Positions 1-12,175 of a DNA stretch of 64,000 nucleotides are shown one piece after another; position 1 is the first letter of the stretch; each line of letters begins with the position of its first letter. This stretch comes from the human T2T-CHM13v2.0 reference genome, Homo sapiens: the NCBI RefSeq assembly GCF_009914755.1, contig NC_060926.1. One strand, given 5' to 3'. The notes below the pieces were generated by a model that was given only the letters and a program-made list of their open reading frames with translations, did no database searches and was not told where the DNA came from. The position numbers and the translations under genes were made by a program.

Positions 1-480
1 CTCTATCGTGATGCCACATATTCTCCCCTCCAAATCTCATTTGCCTATCCAAAATGTCGCATCAGTAGCCTGGGGTTTGCTGACACACACATCTCTCAAT
101 ACACAGCATGTTCAATAGGCCCTCCTTTCCTGTGCCCCCTTTGAAGATTCCAGGCAGGATCTTATAGTGAGTGGTCTACTATCATCCAGTTTCTCAACTA
201 CTGAAGCCTGCGGGCTCACATCAAGAGCTCTGGGGATCCAATCCACTCCAGAGCATCTGGGGAAAAGCCACCTGCTCCTGGATTCTAGGTGTGGTTCCAG
301 AAGGGACCACCATCTCTGCTAAGACACACACCATCCCTGCCAGGAGCATCTGTGCAGGGCCAGGACAACACCATGACAAGAGGAAGACTCAAGTCCTTAC
401 TCTGCCCCAACAAGCTCTTCCAGGTCTCCGGGTTTCCCTTTTATTCTTTGTGAAATGAAAGCCTTAGCTTAGAATCTTGA

Positions 481-637
481 TGCTCCAAGTGGGGTCCAAT
501 GACCAGCACAGGGCATTACCAGGGTGCTTTCTGGAAATGCAGACTTTCCAGCCCCACCTCAAGACTACCACATTTAGATCTGCATTTTGACAAGAACTCC
601 AAGTGATTCCTGTGAGCATGAAAGTTTAAGAGACACC
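481..637. mobile_element. MER5-like hAT-Charlie MITE remnant
   Basis: Resembles MER5A/B consensus motifs (gaaatgcagact...atctgcattttgacaag...caagtgattcctgtgagcatgaaagtttaaga); recognised from memory. Confidence 0.6.
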
Positions 638-1920
638 AACTTACAGCATCATCTCTAGGTCCTTCCCAAGACCTACACGCTGTGATTCTTGAAAGGCTCA
701 ATTTCCAAACCTCTGGATTGAGACATCTCTTAGAACTGGGGGAAGCCAAGCTTCTAATCAGGAGTGGTCAGAACGTGGAGTCACAGAAGGCGTCTGTGAA
801 ACCCAAAGCCCTTGGACAGGCAACGCTGGGACCGGGAAGCGGGCGGAGGAGAGCGGTTCATTTTTTCCATAGGCATGCTGTGTGTGCCAGCTGAGGTCTT
901 TAATGTAAACCCTCCTGTGCTCCGACCTAAACAATGAGCGTAATTATGGGCTGTCTTACCCCCTTCAGACACAGGGCTTGGGGTCGGCCCTCCACAGGGT
1001 CCTGCAGGAGGTCTTGTTTCTGAGTCAGGGGGGCCTCTGTTTAACCAGAGCAGACCCAACTCTGCGGGGCAAAGTTGACATACCAGCATAATTACACGTA
1101 GGTTGACCATATTTACTGCAACTCTGTTGTTCTAGAATTTCAAACAAAGGCTGAACCCTAGGAAAACACACCACTAAGAAGAAGCAGATTGTCCTGAGTG
1201 ATTTATTGAAGAACAAAAGTGAGGGAAAGAAAAAGAAGAGAATTATCAGAGACTCACACATACTTCCCTTTCCTCCTGTCTGGCCTAAGGAGAACAACCA
1301 GTGACCACCGTGTTCCCTCCCTCCCCAACGGAAAGGCCTCAAAACACTGACATTTTGCTTTTTCAGAGACACGTCTTCATGCAGCCACATCAGATCCCAA
1401 AAATCCATCTAGACTCACTGGAAGAAAGCAGGCGGCGGCAGGGTCAGGGGGAGAGAGCTCTCCTCTTCCCTTCTGACTCACTTCACTCACTCCCCACTGC
1501 CCCCTCCATGACATGCACCTACATTTCATACAGATATTTTCCAAATGAACAGAAACCTAACCAAGGCTGGAATTTGGCTTTAGAGAAGCCAGAAGAACAG
1601 GTCAGGTATGTTACTATTCTTTTACTTTGGGAGGTGACTGGTAGGAAGGCTCTGAGTAAGAGCCAGAACTCTTTGGCCTCAGGTTTTTCCCATGTAAATT
1701 CATCACTGTGATGGAAAGCAGTGGCATTTCCAATGCGCAGCTGAGAACTTGCATTGACCCAGCAATTACAGGAAAGGGGCAGTTAGAAATCAGCAGTTAG
1801 GAAACAGCCCCTCACCCAAGAATTAAAACTTGCATACATATGATTTAGATATTCCCAATAGATCAGGGCTAGAGGGATCTCAGAGTATTTGCTTGTAGTT
1901 GCCAACCCTGTCCCCCCCCC

Positions 1921-1922
<2 letters not shown>

Positions 1923-1961
<39 letters not shown>
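1923..1961. repeat. (CA)n microsatellite
   Basis: Directly visible dinucleotide run. Confidence 0.95.
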
Positions 1962-1964
<3 letters not shown>

Positions 1965-2301
1965 TACAATTATAGCTCCCTAGCCAAGGAAGACTTATGA
2001 ATGCCTACCATATGCCTAACAAAGAGAAATAGGAGATAGGCTTCCCGTCCTTAGAGAGTTTATGACATCTCCGAAGAGACAAGATCAAGTGCGAAAGACA
2101 GATTGGAACACTACAAGAAGGAACCTAGCAAAGCTCCGAATTGCTTCTTGGGCAGAACCGAGTACCTGATAGACCATTGGGTACTGGGGTCACCTGGTAG
2201 GAAGCAGAGAGAGAATCATTTACCATGGAGTTACATGGTAGTTACCAGAAATTTGTTTTGTTTTCTTTTTTAAGTTGTTGTTAAAAATATTTTTCTCAGA
2301 T

Positions 2302-2459
2302 ATACTTACTGGCAGGGGAGATACCATGACCGCAAAGGTGGTTTTCCGAGGATGAGGCTTATCCATTTCACACTGGATGTGCTGACCCCCTGCAATTTCC
2401 CCAAATGTGGGAAACCTGACTGCATAATTTGTGGTAGTGGGGAACTGCATTCATGCTTT
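2302..2459 (+). pseudogene. U1 snRNA retropseudogene (RNU1-type)
   Basis: Colinear with U1 (ATACTTAC-TGGCAGGGGAGATACCATG...AATTTGTGGTAGTGGG...GCTTT); lacks the terminal CCCCTG; followed by an A-rich tail with degenerate flanking repeats (taaaaatatttttctcaga / taaaaatttgttttaga). Confidence 0.95.
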
Positions 2460-3954
2460 AAAAATAATAATAATAAAAATTTGTTTTAGAAAGTGCCCAA
2501 ACCTTCATCCTTTCCTATCAAGAAGGAGAGGACTTCCCTGCCAGAGTTCCAAGGCAGGGTCATGAGATTTCTAATTCAAAGTCTCGTCAGGGTGGTCATC
2601 TGCTCTGCTCGTTGCCTAGTACTCAGAGAGATACATACTCCAGGGCCAGGTGGTGCCACGCAGATGACAAAATAACAAGTGATTGGGCTAATTAGCCTAT
2701 TTACAATCATAAAATTGTGAAAGAACCTTTCGCAAAACTACAGATGTTTTTAGTGTTCAGAAAGTCTGAAAAAGAACACAGAATTGGGATAGGATTTGGG
2801 TCCTACCAGATGTTCACAGAGGGAAAGTCCTGCTAAATGGAAAATTCCAAATGTGGCCAGTTAGAAACTCTGTGGGCTGAAAGCCCCTCTACAATCCTGG
2901 ATAGTTCCTAGTGACATCACTTGAGGTCTCCAAGCCTGAGCAAAGGACAGGATCTGAGCCTAGATGCCCTAAGATGGGATGGGGCACCCTGGAAAGAACA
3001 AGGAGTGGAACTGTTCAGAAGTTCACCAGAGACTTATGTCAGCACCTTGACTCAGGCCAGGTGTATGATATCCCAGACAAAGAAGGGAGGTATAGAAGAA
3101 AAGCAATAGAAAATGTCCTAGACATTTACCAAACTGTCTACAAGAAGAGCAGCCTCCTCTTTCGTGGGCATCTTGCCCCCTAACTCTGATTTTGCAGTTC
3201 TAGCACAAAAAAAATCATAGTTACCCATCCTTCTGCCAGAGAAAAGGGCTCATGAACTGAACTGGACAGTTTCCCCCTCCCTCTGATTGGCCCAAGGATT
3301 GGCATGAGACTGAACAGGGAAACTAGGATTTTCCCCAACAGGAAAAAAAAAAAAAAAAAAAAAAGCATTTTATGCTCTGATCACATGAACCAATAAACAC
3401 CCAGCCCTCCTTTCTTCTTAAGCTGGTCCCAGTGATAATTCTACCACGTACAACCAGTGGATTTGTGACTAATAAAGGAAATACGTGGAATTCTCACCAG
3501 TTGTCTTCTGGTTTGTATCAGACTCCTACCCTGTGGCTAGGTCCTAGAGGACACCCTCTGGCTCATAGCTAGAGGACACCCTCATAGCTCAAGGGTGATG
3601 AAACAGGAAAGTTGCAGAGTGGAGGGGGCAGGTTCCTGCTAGTGGTGACAGTGACATTGTCTAAGGCGTCGTGGCATTAGGCACTGCGCTAATGTGCCAC
3701 CCAGCAAAGCTGGTGTTCTGCTCAGGGGCACTCTGTGAACAGAGCTGATGAGAACAGACTCTCTCTATGAGCCCCTCCAACTAAAAGCTGCCCCTACCAC
3801 TCCCAGCCACCTGCTTTCCAGCAGAGCTGGCAGGAGAAGCTACAACCCACCACCCTTACACACCTCCGGCAAGCAATGAAAAGGGAGTCCAAGGTATCTG
3901 TCCGTCGAGAACATGAGAAACCTGCATTTTAATCCCACTTTTTACCAAAGATGG

Positions 3955-4100
3955 GAACTTGGTTAAGTAACAAAATCATTTGGACCTCTCTTTACTCATC
4001 TTTACAATGGGGATAGTGAAAGAACCTGGCTCCTCAGACTGTTTTAAGAATTAAGTGTGATAATGTATCAAAAGCATTCAGCACCATACCAGGCACGGTT
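3955..4100 (+). mobile_element. MIR SINE
   Basis: MIR core-like ctcatctttacaatggggatagtg...ttaagtgtgataatgtatcaaaagcattcagcac. Confidence 0.7.
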
Positions 4101-5519
4101 GGGATTGTCATCATTATTACTGTGGCCAGTAGTATTAGGAAGTGCTCTGAAAATTGTACTCTGTGAAATAAGTCAGGATCTGACATTGTAAAATCAAAAA
4201 GGGCATTCTCCCTGGGAAATAGCTAGCAGCTCCTAGTGGCAAATTCCAGACTTGGGTCTATTTTTTGCCTTTATATACTTTCTCATTTATGTTTTGATTT
4301 ATGAAAACGCATCCATCATTTTCTAAGGAAAGCCTCCAGACACATGAACAAAAATGATAAAAATGCACAACAGAAACAAATAAAACCATTCGGCATGGCT
4401 AACAAGTCAGGCATTTGGCCCCAGAGGGGTAGATAAATCTAGAGCTGGGCTCAGCACTGGGACCCAAAGGTCAACAGGCTGGGACTTTGCTGAAGAAATA
4501 AAAGAAAGGGGATTCTGGAGCTTCAGCTAACAGCCTACCTCAGATCTTCTGAGAGCCTAGGAGTGAATCTTCCAGAGGCAGCCCCCGAAAGGGTCTCCAA
4601 GAGGCCAGTCCAGAAACCTGTGCAGAGCTGCCCTCTCTGCTCCTTCACTAGTCAGTGGGAGAACCAGCAGACTTCTCCAGCCACGCCAGGCACCCCGTTT
4701 ACCCCCGTGAGGGAGAGGCCATCTTGGGGAAAGACACTCAGTTAAGAGAACTGGGGCTCCCTAGGAAACCTGTCAGTCATCCTTCTGTCTTTATCCCCTT
4801 ACTCCAGAGGCATTGCTATGAGGGGACCCCCTACCCAAAGAATTTGCTTCAAAACTCAGCATTTCTAGCTTCCAATACAGATACCTCATTTTTGCTCGAG
4901 GCTGGGAACATGTGAGAGGAAAAGTGAGCAGGAATCCCAGCAGAATCAGGGAGGGATCCATAGGGGGTGAGATGGGTTAGGGCCCTCACTAGCAGAGCAC
5001 AGGTGTCTTTGTAGAACCATGCTAGCCCACAATGGTTAACAGGGTCCATGATGGTTAACAAGGCATCTTGCAGAGTCTTTCCAAGGTGACATTCTAGGGG
5101 ATGACACTCTAGAGGTGTCGCATTGGAACGGCTCTACAAGATGCCTTTCTGCCCAGAGTCTGAGGGGATTCTCAGTTATAGACTGTTCTGGCCATAATCC
5201 ACCAAACAAGGGGGTAATTCATAGGCTGCAAACAGGCCAAAAAGGTGGCCCAGTGTGAACATTAGGGCCCCACATGCCCAGTAGGGCTGCCCAAAACTAG
5301 ATAACACCTGGCAGAGCCAATCAGATCTTCTATTGGGACATCTGACTGAGACATGGGGAGCTGTCGTCAAAGAGTAATGGTACATGTGACAGAACAGAAA
5401 AGAGTAGCCAGCACTCCAACTCCCCAACACGAGAGTGGACAAAAATGGACTTACATTTGTGGGGCAAAGCCCCTGTTAATAACAAGTATTCATAATAACA
5501 GTGTCCATGGAGCCACAGT

Positions 5520-5715
5520 TGACAACAATACTCATTGAGCATAACTTTTTGCCTGGCACTGTTAGGTCCTTGTGCACAGGATCTCACCGAACCTTGACAA
5601 GGAACCCCACATGGTCAGTGCTATTATTGTCACCACTGTATAGATGGTAGGAAACTGAGGCTAGAGAGGTGACACAGTGGTAAAGGGCAGAGTTGCAATG
5701 TGAACCCAGCAGTTT
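5520..5715 (-). mobile_element. MIR SINE
   Basis: attattgtcaccactgtatagatggtaggaaactgaggctagagagg resembles the reverse MIR core. Confidence 0.7.
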
Positions 5716-6151
5716 GATTATGGAACATGGGGTTTTATTTACTAGATTACACAAACTCCTGTCAAATCCTATATGGCCATGGACGATACTCCAGTTCTCG
5801 GTGAAGCCCAGCTGTGACTGCTGAGAAGATTTACTGTTCTTCCCCACCTCCCAGGGTGTCCTTCCAGTAATCCTCCATCACCTAAAGCAATGGGATTACG
5901 CCATAGTCCCCTTAAACTGCAAGCATCTAACTAATACAGGGACACAAGTGTTCCAGAGAAGTGGCTAGTAACAGCAAAGAATGACAGACCCTCCAAATGA
6001 GGTTTGGTGGCTCCCTTTTACCCTTCTGAATCTTAAAGGAAGAAACACAAGCTGAGACATTCTGGACAGGTGGCTGGTGCTGGTGAAGTTGACCTCTTCA
6101 TTTCCATCTTCAGGTCATTACAAGGGCCTTCCCTGAAGCCAACTAAATCCT

Positions 6152-6393
6152 TGGACAGAGAGGACCTGAGGCTGGTATTGCCCTGTGCTGCACAGTAGAC
6201 AGCTCTTCTCCTGAGGAAGGGCTGCTGGCAAGGAGGGGCCAGTGACCCAGACCCAGTTAGTCAGACCCTCCCTAGTACAGTCTGCTGATGTCATTGAAGA
6301 AGGCCATGTCCTCTCATCTCAGCTGCTGGCCTATGAGCCTGGGGCTGCCTGCCTCATGGAAAGTGATAGGGGAGAGGGAGATAGAACAATCTG
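6152..6393 (+). repeat. Locally triplicated MaLR(MLT1)-derived unit, copy 1
   Basis: Aligns with 8131-8364 and 10225-10420. Confidence 0.85.
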
Positions 6394-6690
6394 GGCCAGG
6401 CGCGGTGACTCACGCCTGTAATCCCAGCACTTTGAGAAGCTGAGGCAGATGGATCACTTGAGGTCATGAGTTCGAGACCAGCCTGACCAACATGGTGAAA
6501 CCCCGTCTCTACTACAAATACCAAAATTTGCCGGGCATGGTGGCGCATGCCTGTAATCCAGCTACTAGGGAGGCTGAGGCAGGAGAATCACTTGAACCTG
6601 GGAGTCAGAAGTTGCAATGAGCTGAGATCGTGCCACTACACTCCAGCCTGGGCCACAGAATGAGACTCCATCTCAAAAAGAAAAGAAAAG
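6394..6690 (+). mobile_element. AluS
   Basis: Full-length Alu dimer; tail degenerates into AAAAG/AGAGG/AAAGG. Confidence 0.97.
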
Positions 6691-6735
6691 AAGAGGAAAG
6701 GAGAAGAGAGGAGAGGAGAGAAGAGAGAAGAGAGG

Positions 6736-6950
6736 AAAGGAAAGGAAAGGAAAGGAAAGGAAAGGAAAGGAAAGGAAAGGAAAGGAAAGGAAAGGAAAGG
6801 AAAGGAAAGGAAAGGAAAGGAAAGGAAAGGAAAGGAAAGGAAAGGAAAGGAAAGGAAAGGAAAGGAAAGGAAAGGAAAGGAAAGGAAAGGAAAGGAAAGG
6901 AAAGGAAAGGAAAGGAAAGGAAAGGAAAGGAAAGGAAAGGAAAGGAAAGG
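6736..6950. repeat. (AAAGG)43 perfect pentanucleotide repeat
   Basis: Counted directly: 215 bp uninterrupted. Confidence 0.97.
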
Positions 6951-7044
6951 GGAGAGCTGTGGTGGCCCTCGTGCAGGACAGGAGATGAGGCAGTTGTGTG
7001 GCCAACCTGTAAAAGGAAAACACTTCCCACCTACTGCAAGGTGA

Positions 7045-7509
<465 letters not shown>

Positions 7510-8130
7510 TAACCTCATATTGATCCTGGGACTATGAAAATAGGGCAGCCGGCAAGACTTGAGCCAAATATATAGACTCTACTTCATAAATGAAAACCTC
7601 CAAAAAGTCCAAATTTAGTATTTTTCATGCTCATGCAAAGGACAAGCTTCCTCCTCCATTGAAAGGAAAGGAAGGGAGAAGATTTACTACAGGGTGGCCA
7701 GAGCTTTTCCCTGGAATGGCCCAAAGTTGCTTCTCTGTCCCCAGACAACTTGGGTTTGAGCTCTAGGGGACCATATATAATATTTTCTAGGTCCCTGTGA
7801 GTACACCCTTGATGTACTGGAGACGGGAGGTCAGATTTGATTTACATTCACAGGCAAAATTGAAGTTAGAACTCACCCCAACTCAGCGGAAAGGAGACTG
7901 CGGGACAGTGAGGACTCAAGGAGTAACTGTGAGGCAGCTTAAGTGAACTTCACTCAGGGCACAGTAGGTTTTCTTGTTCTAAGTAAATATCTTAACAGTT
8001 TCCAGTTTTACAAATTTAAAAACAGCTAAAAATATGCACACTTATATTTTCTAGTTTTTGCAGATGATGCTGAGGCAAGTTAAGAGGGAACATGCTAACC
8101 ACCAAAACCATCCTCATTTTCATGACTAGG

Positions 8131-8800
8131 TGGACAGGGAGGAACCGAGGCTTGTACTACCCTGTGCTGCATAGTAGATAGCTCCTCTCCTGAGGCAGGG
8201 CTGCTAATGACCCAGGCCCAGTTAGCCAGACCCTCCCTGGTATAGTCTGCTGATGTCATTGAAAAAGGACATGACTTCTTATCTCAGCTGCTGGCCTGTG
8301 AGCTGGGGCTTCCTGCCTCACGGAAGGTGAGAGAGGGAGAGGGAGACAGAACCCTGACAACCTGGGACGGGCACAGTGGCTCACACCTGTAATCCCAGCA
8401 CTTTGGGAAGCCAAGGTGGGTGGATCACCTGAGGTCAGGAGTTCAAGACCAGCCGGGCCAACATGGTGAAACCCCGTCTCTGCTAAAAATACAAAAATTA
8501 GCCGGGCATAGTGGCACACGCCTGTAATCCAGCTACTTGGGAGGCTGAGGCAGGAAAATCCCATGAACCCAGGAGGCAGAGGTTGCAGTGAGCCAAGATT
8601 GCACCACTGAACTGGGAAACAGAGCGAGACTCCGTCTCAAAAAAAAAAAAAACCCTGACAACCTGGTGCCAACCCCTGGATCCAGCTGTTCCTGTATCCC
8701 ATATTCCTCTGCACTTCCCAGTTACATGAGCCAATTATTCCCTTTTTGTTTATTATTAGTTTGAGTGTCTGTCACTTGTAACTTAAATAAGCCTGCCTAC
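8131..8800 (+). mobile_element. MLT1 (MaLR) LTR fragment interrupted by Alu; triplicated unit copy 2
   Basis: Sequence after the Alu continues with an MLT1-type 3' end (cctggatccagctgttcctg...ttcccagttacatgagccaat...tctgtcacttgtaac). Confidence 0.7.
8365..8650 (+). mobile_element. AluS with 15-bp TSD
   Basis: TSD aaccctgacaacctg at 8350-8364 and 8651-8665. Confidence 0.97.
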
Positions 8801-9544
8801 AAATTCTAGCCAAGGCATTCATCTTCTGGCAAGCCTCTATAAAGAACCTGTAGGTGCTGCTTTTGAACACGAAACTCCCTGCTTCATTTGATCACTGACT
8901 ACCAGAGAATGCAAACTCTTGGACAACATGAGCACAGCAAGTATTTTATCCTCAGTCCCTCCCCTTCCTCTGACTGTCAGCCTTCAAACCCAATGCCAAT
9001 CCCATCCCCACTTCCCCCTGACTCCACCATCATTACCATTGTCTCCCTTCTTCGTCTTTGTCAAAGTACCTCACCAGTGAAAGAAAAGTGACCTCTGCTT
9101 CAAAAATGAATAACTGCCACGAATGCGGAGAGCCACAGCAAAGGAAACCACGCCTCCTTTGATAAATACCATGCAGCTGCTGCTTGGTGATGATGGTCTC
9201 GCCCTGGTGGAGCATTCTAGGGTCAGATGTTTACAGAGAAAAGGCAGGCAGGTGCCAGTGCTTGAACATCAGGCCAAATCCCAGGCTTCCCCAGCCGTCA
9301 CTCATTCTCATGCACAAAGTAGAGGCCCTGCAATTGCTTCCTAAGACTCAGTTTCCTTATAGGTAAGCTGGAAAACATTTAGTATTAACAACCACCAGAG
9401 CTATGTCAAAGGAGAATCATCCAAAACATTGCTGAGCCTTGACGAAGATGAACAGCACTCAGGGGAAGAATTCTAGGTGGATCTTTGGGTAATAGGAACC
9501 CTGAAAACAGCAATGATCCAGTAGGTGACATGTAGGGCGTGCCC

Positions 9545-9735
9545 CTCGCCTTCCTGGACTGGTGCTCAGCATTCCACTTGTATGATCTCATTTAATCCCC
9601 ACAACACACCCATGCGGTGGGAAGTAATTATCATCTCCACTTTACAGAGGAGGCTCCTGAGTCTTCAAGAGAATGTGAGACTTGTCCACAGTCACTCAGT
9701 AGTGCAGCCACAGTGACCTTGAAGTCAGGCCCGGT
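9545..9735 (-). mobile_element. MIR SINE
   Basis: atctcatttaatccccacaac...attatcatctccactttacagaggagg. Confidence 0.75.
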
Positions 9736-10224
9736 GTCTGGCCTTTGTGACCATGCCATCCCAGGGATGTAAAAGAACTCAACAGTTGCTCAGAATACCC
9801 CTTTTACCATCTCAACGACATGGGCAATCAAGGACTGCCTTGCTTCCTGCCGGGTTCCTGAGTGAATCAGTGGGCATGACTTTGAGAAACAGAAAGCTCT
9901 AAAAATCTTGGGTGTTATTACTGTCTAGGCAGTGCAGTCAGAGATGATGTTGATGGTGGTAGCCTGTTTTACTCATCTCACTCTCAGAGGATGCTAATCA
10001 CATGGGTGGGAAATTTCATTAAACAACTGTCTCCTGGAGGCAGATGTTCATCCCAGAGCAGATTGGCATTCAGTCCCTTCCCCCCAGCTGGCCTGAAGAG
10101 CACTGGCAACGCAGGCCAGTGCTCCAGAGGTGCTGGGATGGAAGGTCCTGAGGTTAATCCTCTTCCAGCATTCACTATCCATGCACCCTCTAAGTTTCGC
10201 TTTCTCATCTGTGAATTTTCTCAT

Positions 10225-10420
10225 CTGAGGAAGGGCTGCCGGCAGGAAGGGGCCAGTGATCCAAGCCCAGTTAGCCAAATCCTCCCGGTACAGTCTGCTG
10301 AAGTCATTGAAAAACCCCATGTCTTCTCATCTCAGCTGCTGGCCTGTGAGCCTGGGGCTGCCTGCCTCGTGGAAAGTGAGAGAGAGAGAGAGAGAGAGAG
10401 ATAGAACTTTGGCAACCTGG
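10225..10420 (+). repeat. Triplicated MaLR-derived unit, copy 3, inserted in a MIR core
   Basis: Aligns with copies 1 and 2; flanks 10186-10215 and 10470-10520 join to form a MIR core. Confidence 0.8.
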
Positions 10421-10539
10421 GTTGGGCTAGGTTATAATAATACCTACTGTAGGTTATAATAATACCTGACTGTGAACTGGGAGCCATAATAATACCTACT
10501 ATGGGTTTTCTAGGAGGTGAGAAGTTTGTCTTCTACTTT

Positions 10540-11500
10540 TTTTTGAAACTACAAAATACTTTAGACATCCAAAATGTAAGTATTAATATATAACCCACCA
10601 GCAGCTTAAGAGATAAAATGTTGTAACTGATGCACTCCTGCCCCAGTTCCATTCCTCTCCTTTCCTTACCAGAGGCAACCATTCCCCCAAGTCTGATATA
10701 GATCAAGACTTGGAAAACTTTCTGAAAAGGGCCAGATGGTAAGTAGTTGCACCTTTGCAGGCCACACGGTCTGTGGCAAGTATTCAACCCTGTCCTTGGA
10801 GTACAAAGGCAGCCATAGTTGATAAGTGAAAGAACAAGTGTGGTGGTGTTCCAGCAAATTTTATTTATGCACACTGGAATTTGAATTTCATATAATTTTC
10901 AGGTGTCACCAAAGAGTGTCCTTCTTTTGATTTTTTTTCAACTATTTAAAATTGTAAAACCCATTCTTAGCTCACAAGCCACGCAAAAGCAGGTGGTGGG
11001 CTGGACTTGGCCATGGGCATAATTTGCCAACCTTGGTATATATCATTCCCATGCATATTTTAATACTGAAACATAATATGTGTATATCCATATACAGTAT
11101 TGTTTAGTGGGTCTTAAAATTTCATATAAATGGTATTATATGGTACTTTCACTTCTACAGCTGATCACTCTTTTTCAACATCAAATTTGCTGAGATTTAG
11201 GTGAGTTATTACATGTAACTTCAGTTAATTCATCTTAACTGCTGTATAGGAACTCACTATATGACTTTACCACAACTTATATGTAGGACTATTTATAGGA
11301 TTTTACTATATGAATTCACTGCAACTTATTTATCCCTTCTCCTCTCAGTGGGCATTCAAGTTGTTCTACAGTTTTACAAATAAGGCTGCAAGAAGCACCT
11401 TCTGCATGTCTCCTTGTGCATGTGCACCAAAGCTGCTGTAGGATTGCTCTTCCTAGTAGAATTTCATGGTCACAGGAATGTTTGCTGATCACATAAAGCC
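10540..11500 (-). mobile_element. Old L1M (L1ME-like) 3' fragment interrupted by MER58
   Basis: ccagaggcaaccattc, tataaatggtattata, tgggcattcaagttgttctacagttt are typical of reverse L1M 3' ends. Confidence 0.6.
10705..11036. mobile_element. MER58B-like DNA transposon
   Basis: aaactttctgaaaagggccagatggtaagta...ggacttggccatgggcataatttgccaacc. Confidence 0.8.
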
Positions 11501-11641
11501 AGGAAGGAAAGGGCTCATACCCAGCACCTTGTGTATCAATCACTGGCAGCTCCTGTTCCTCTGGAGCCCCCTCAAGCACCGGACAGAGGAATGAGCACAT
11601 GTAAGTGCTTAATACACACTTTTTCACTTAATTCATAAAGA

Positions 11642-11855
11642 CAGGGGGGCAGGGGGCAGGGGCAAAGGGAGGGAGAGCATTAGGACAAATACCTAATGCA
11701 TGTGGGGCTTAAAAACTAGATGACAGGTTGGTACGTACAGCAAACCACCATGGTACGTGTATACCTATGTAAAAAACCTGCACGTTCTGCACATGTATCC
11801 CAGAAATTAAAGTAAAATTTAACAACTAAATAATAAAAATTAAAAATTAAAAAAG
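11642..11855 (+). mobile_element. L1PA 3' UTR fragment with A-rich tail
   Basis: gggagggagagcattaggacaaatacctaatgcatg...ctgcacatgtatcccagaa. Confidence 0.9.
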
Positions 11856-11874
11856 ACCATCATGGAAAAAAATC

Positions 11875-12175
11875 TGTGGGACAAACAGTGGGACCTGTGA
11901 GTGATCAGGGAGAGAAAAACTCAGTTAGATGAAAATCTCCAAGAATGGCTTTTTAAAAAAGCAACATATTTGAAGTTGGGAGGGATGGATGGAAAACAAA
12001 TTCTTCTGATGAAGGCACTGACCTAAGTGGGCTCCGAGGTGGAAATGAACATGCCATGTGCAAGGAAATCCAGGAGACCAAGTAGGCTGGAACATTTGCA
12101 AAGTTCTTTTTGCAGGCATTGAATGCCAGGCAGGGGGCATGGGGCTTGACTTGCTGGTCAGTGGGAGCCCAGGAA
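11875..12175 (+). mobile_element. L2 fragment
   Basis: Diverged L2-like phrases (ggaaggcactg...gtaggctggaac...gaatgccagg...gacttg...cagtgggagcc). Confidence 0.5.
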
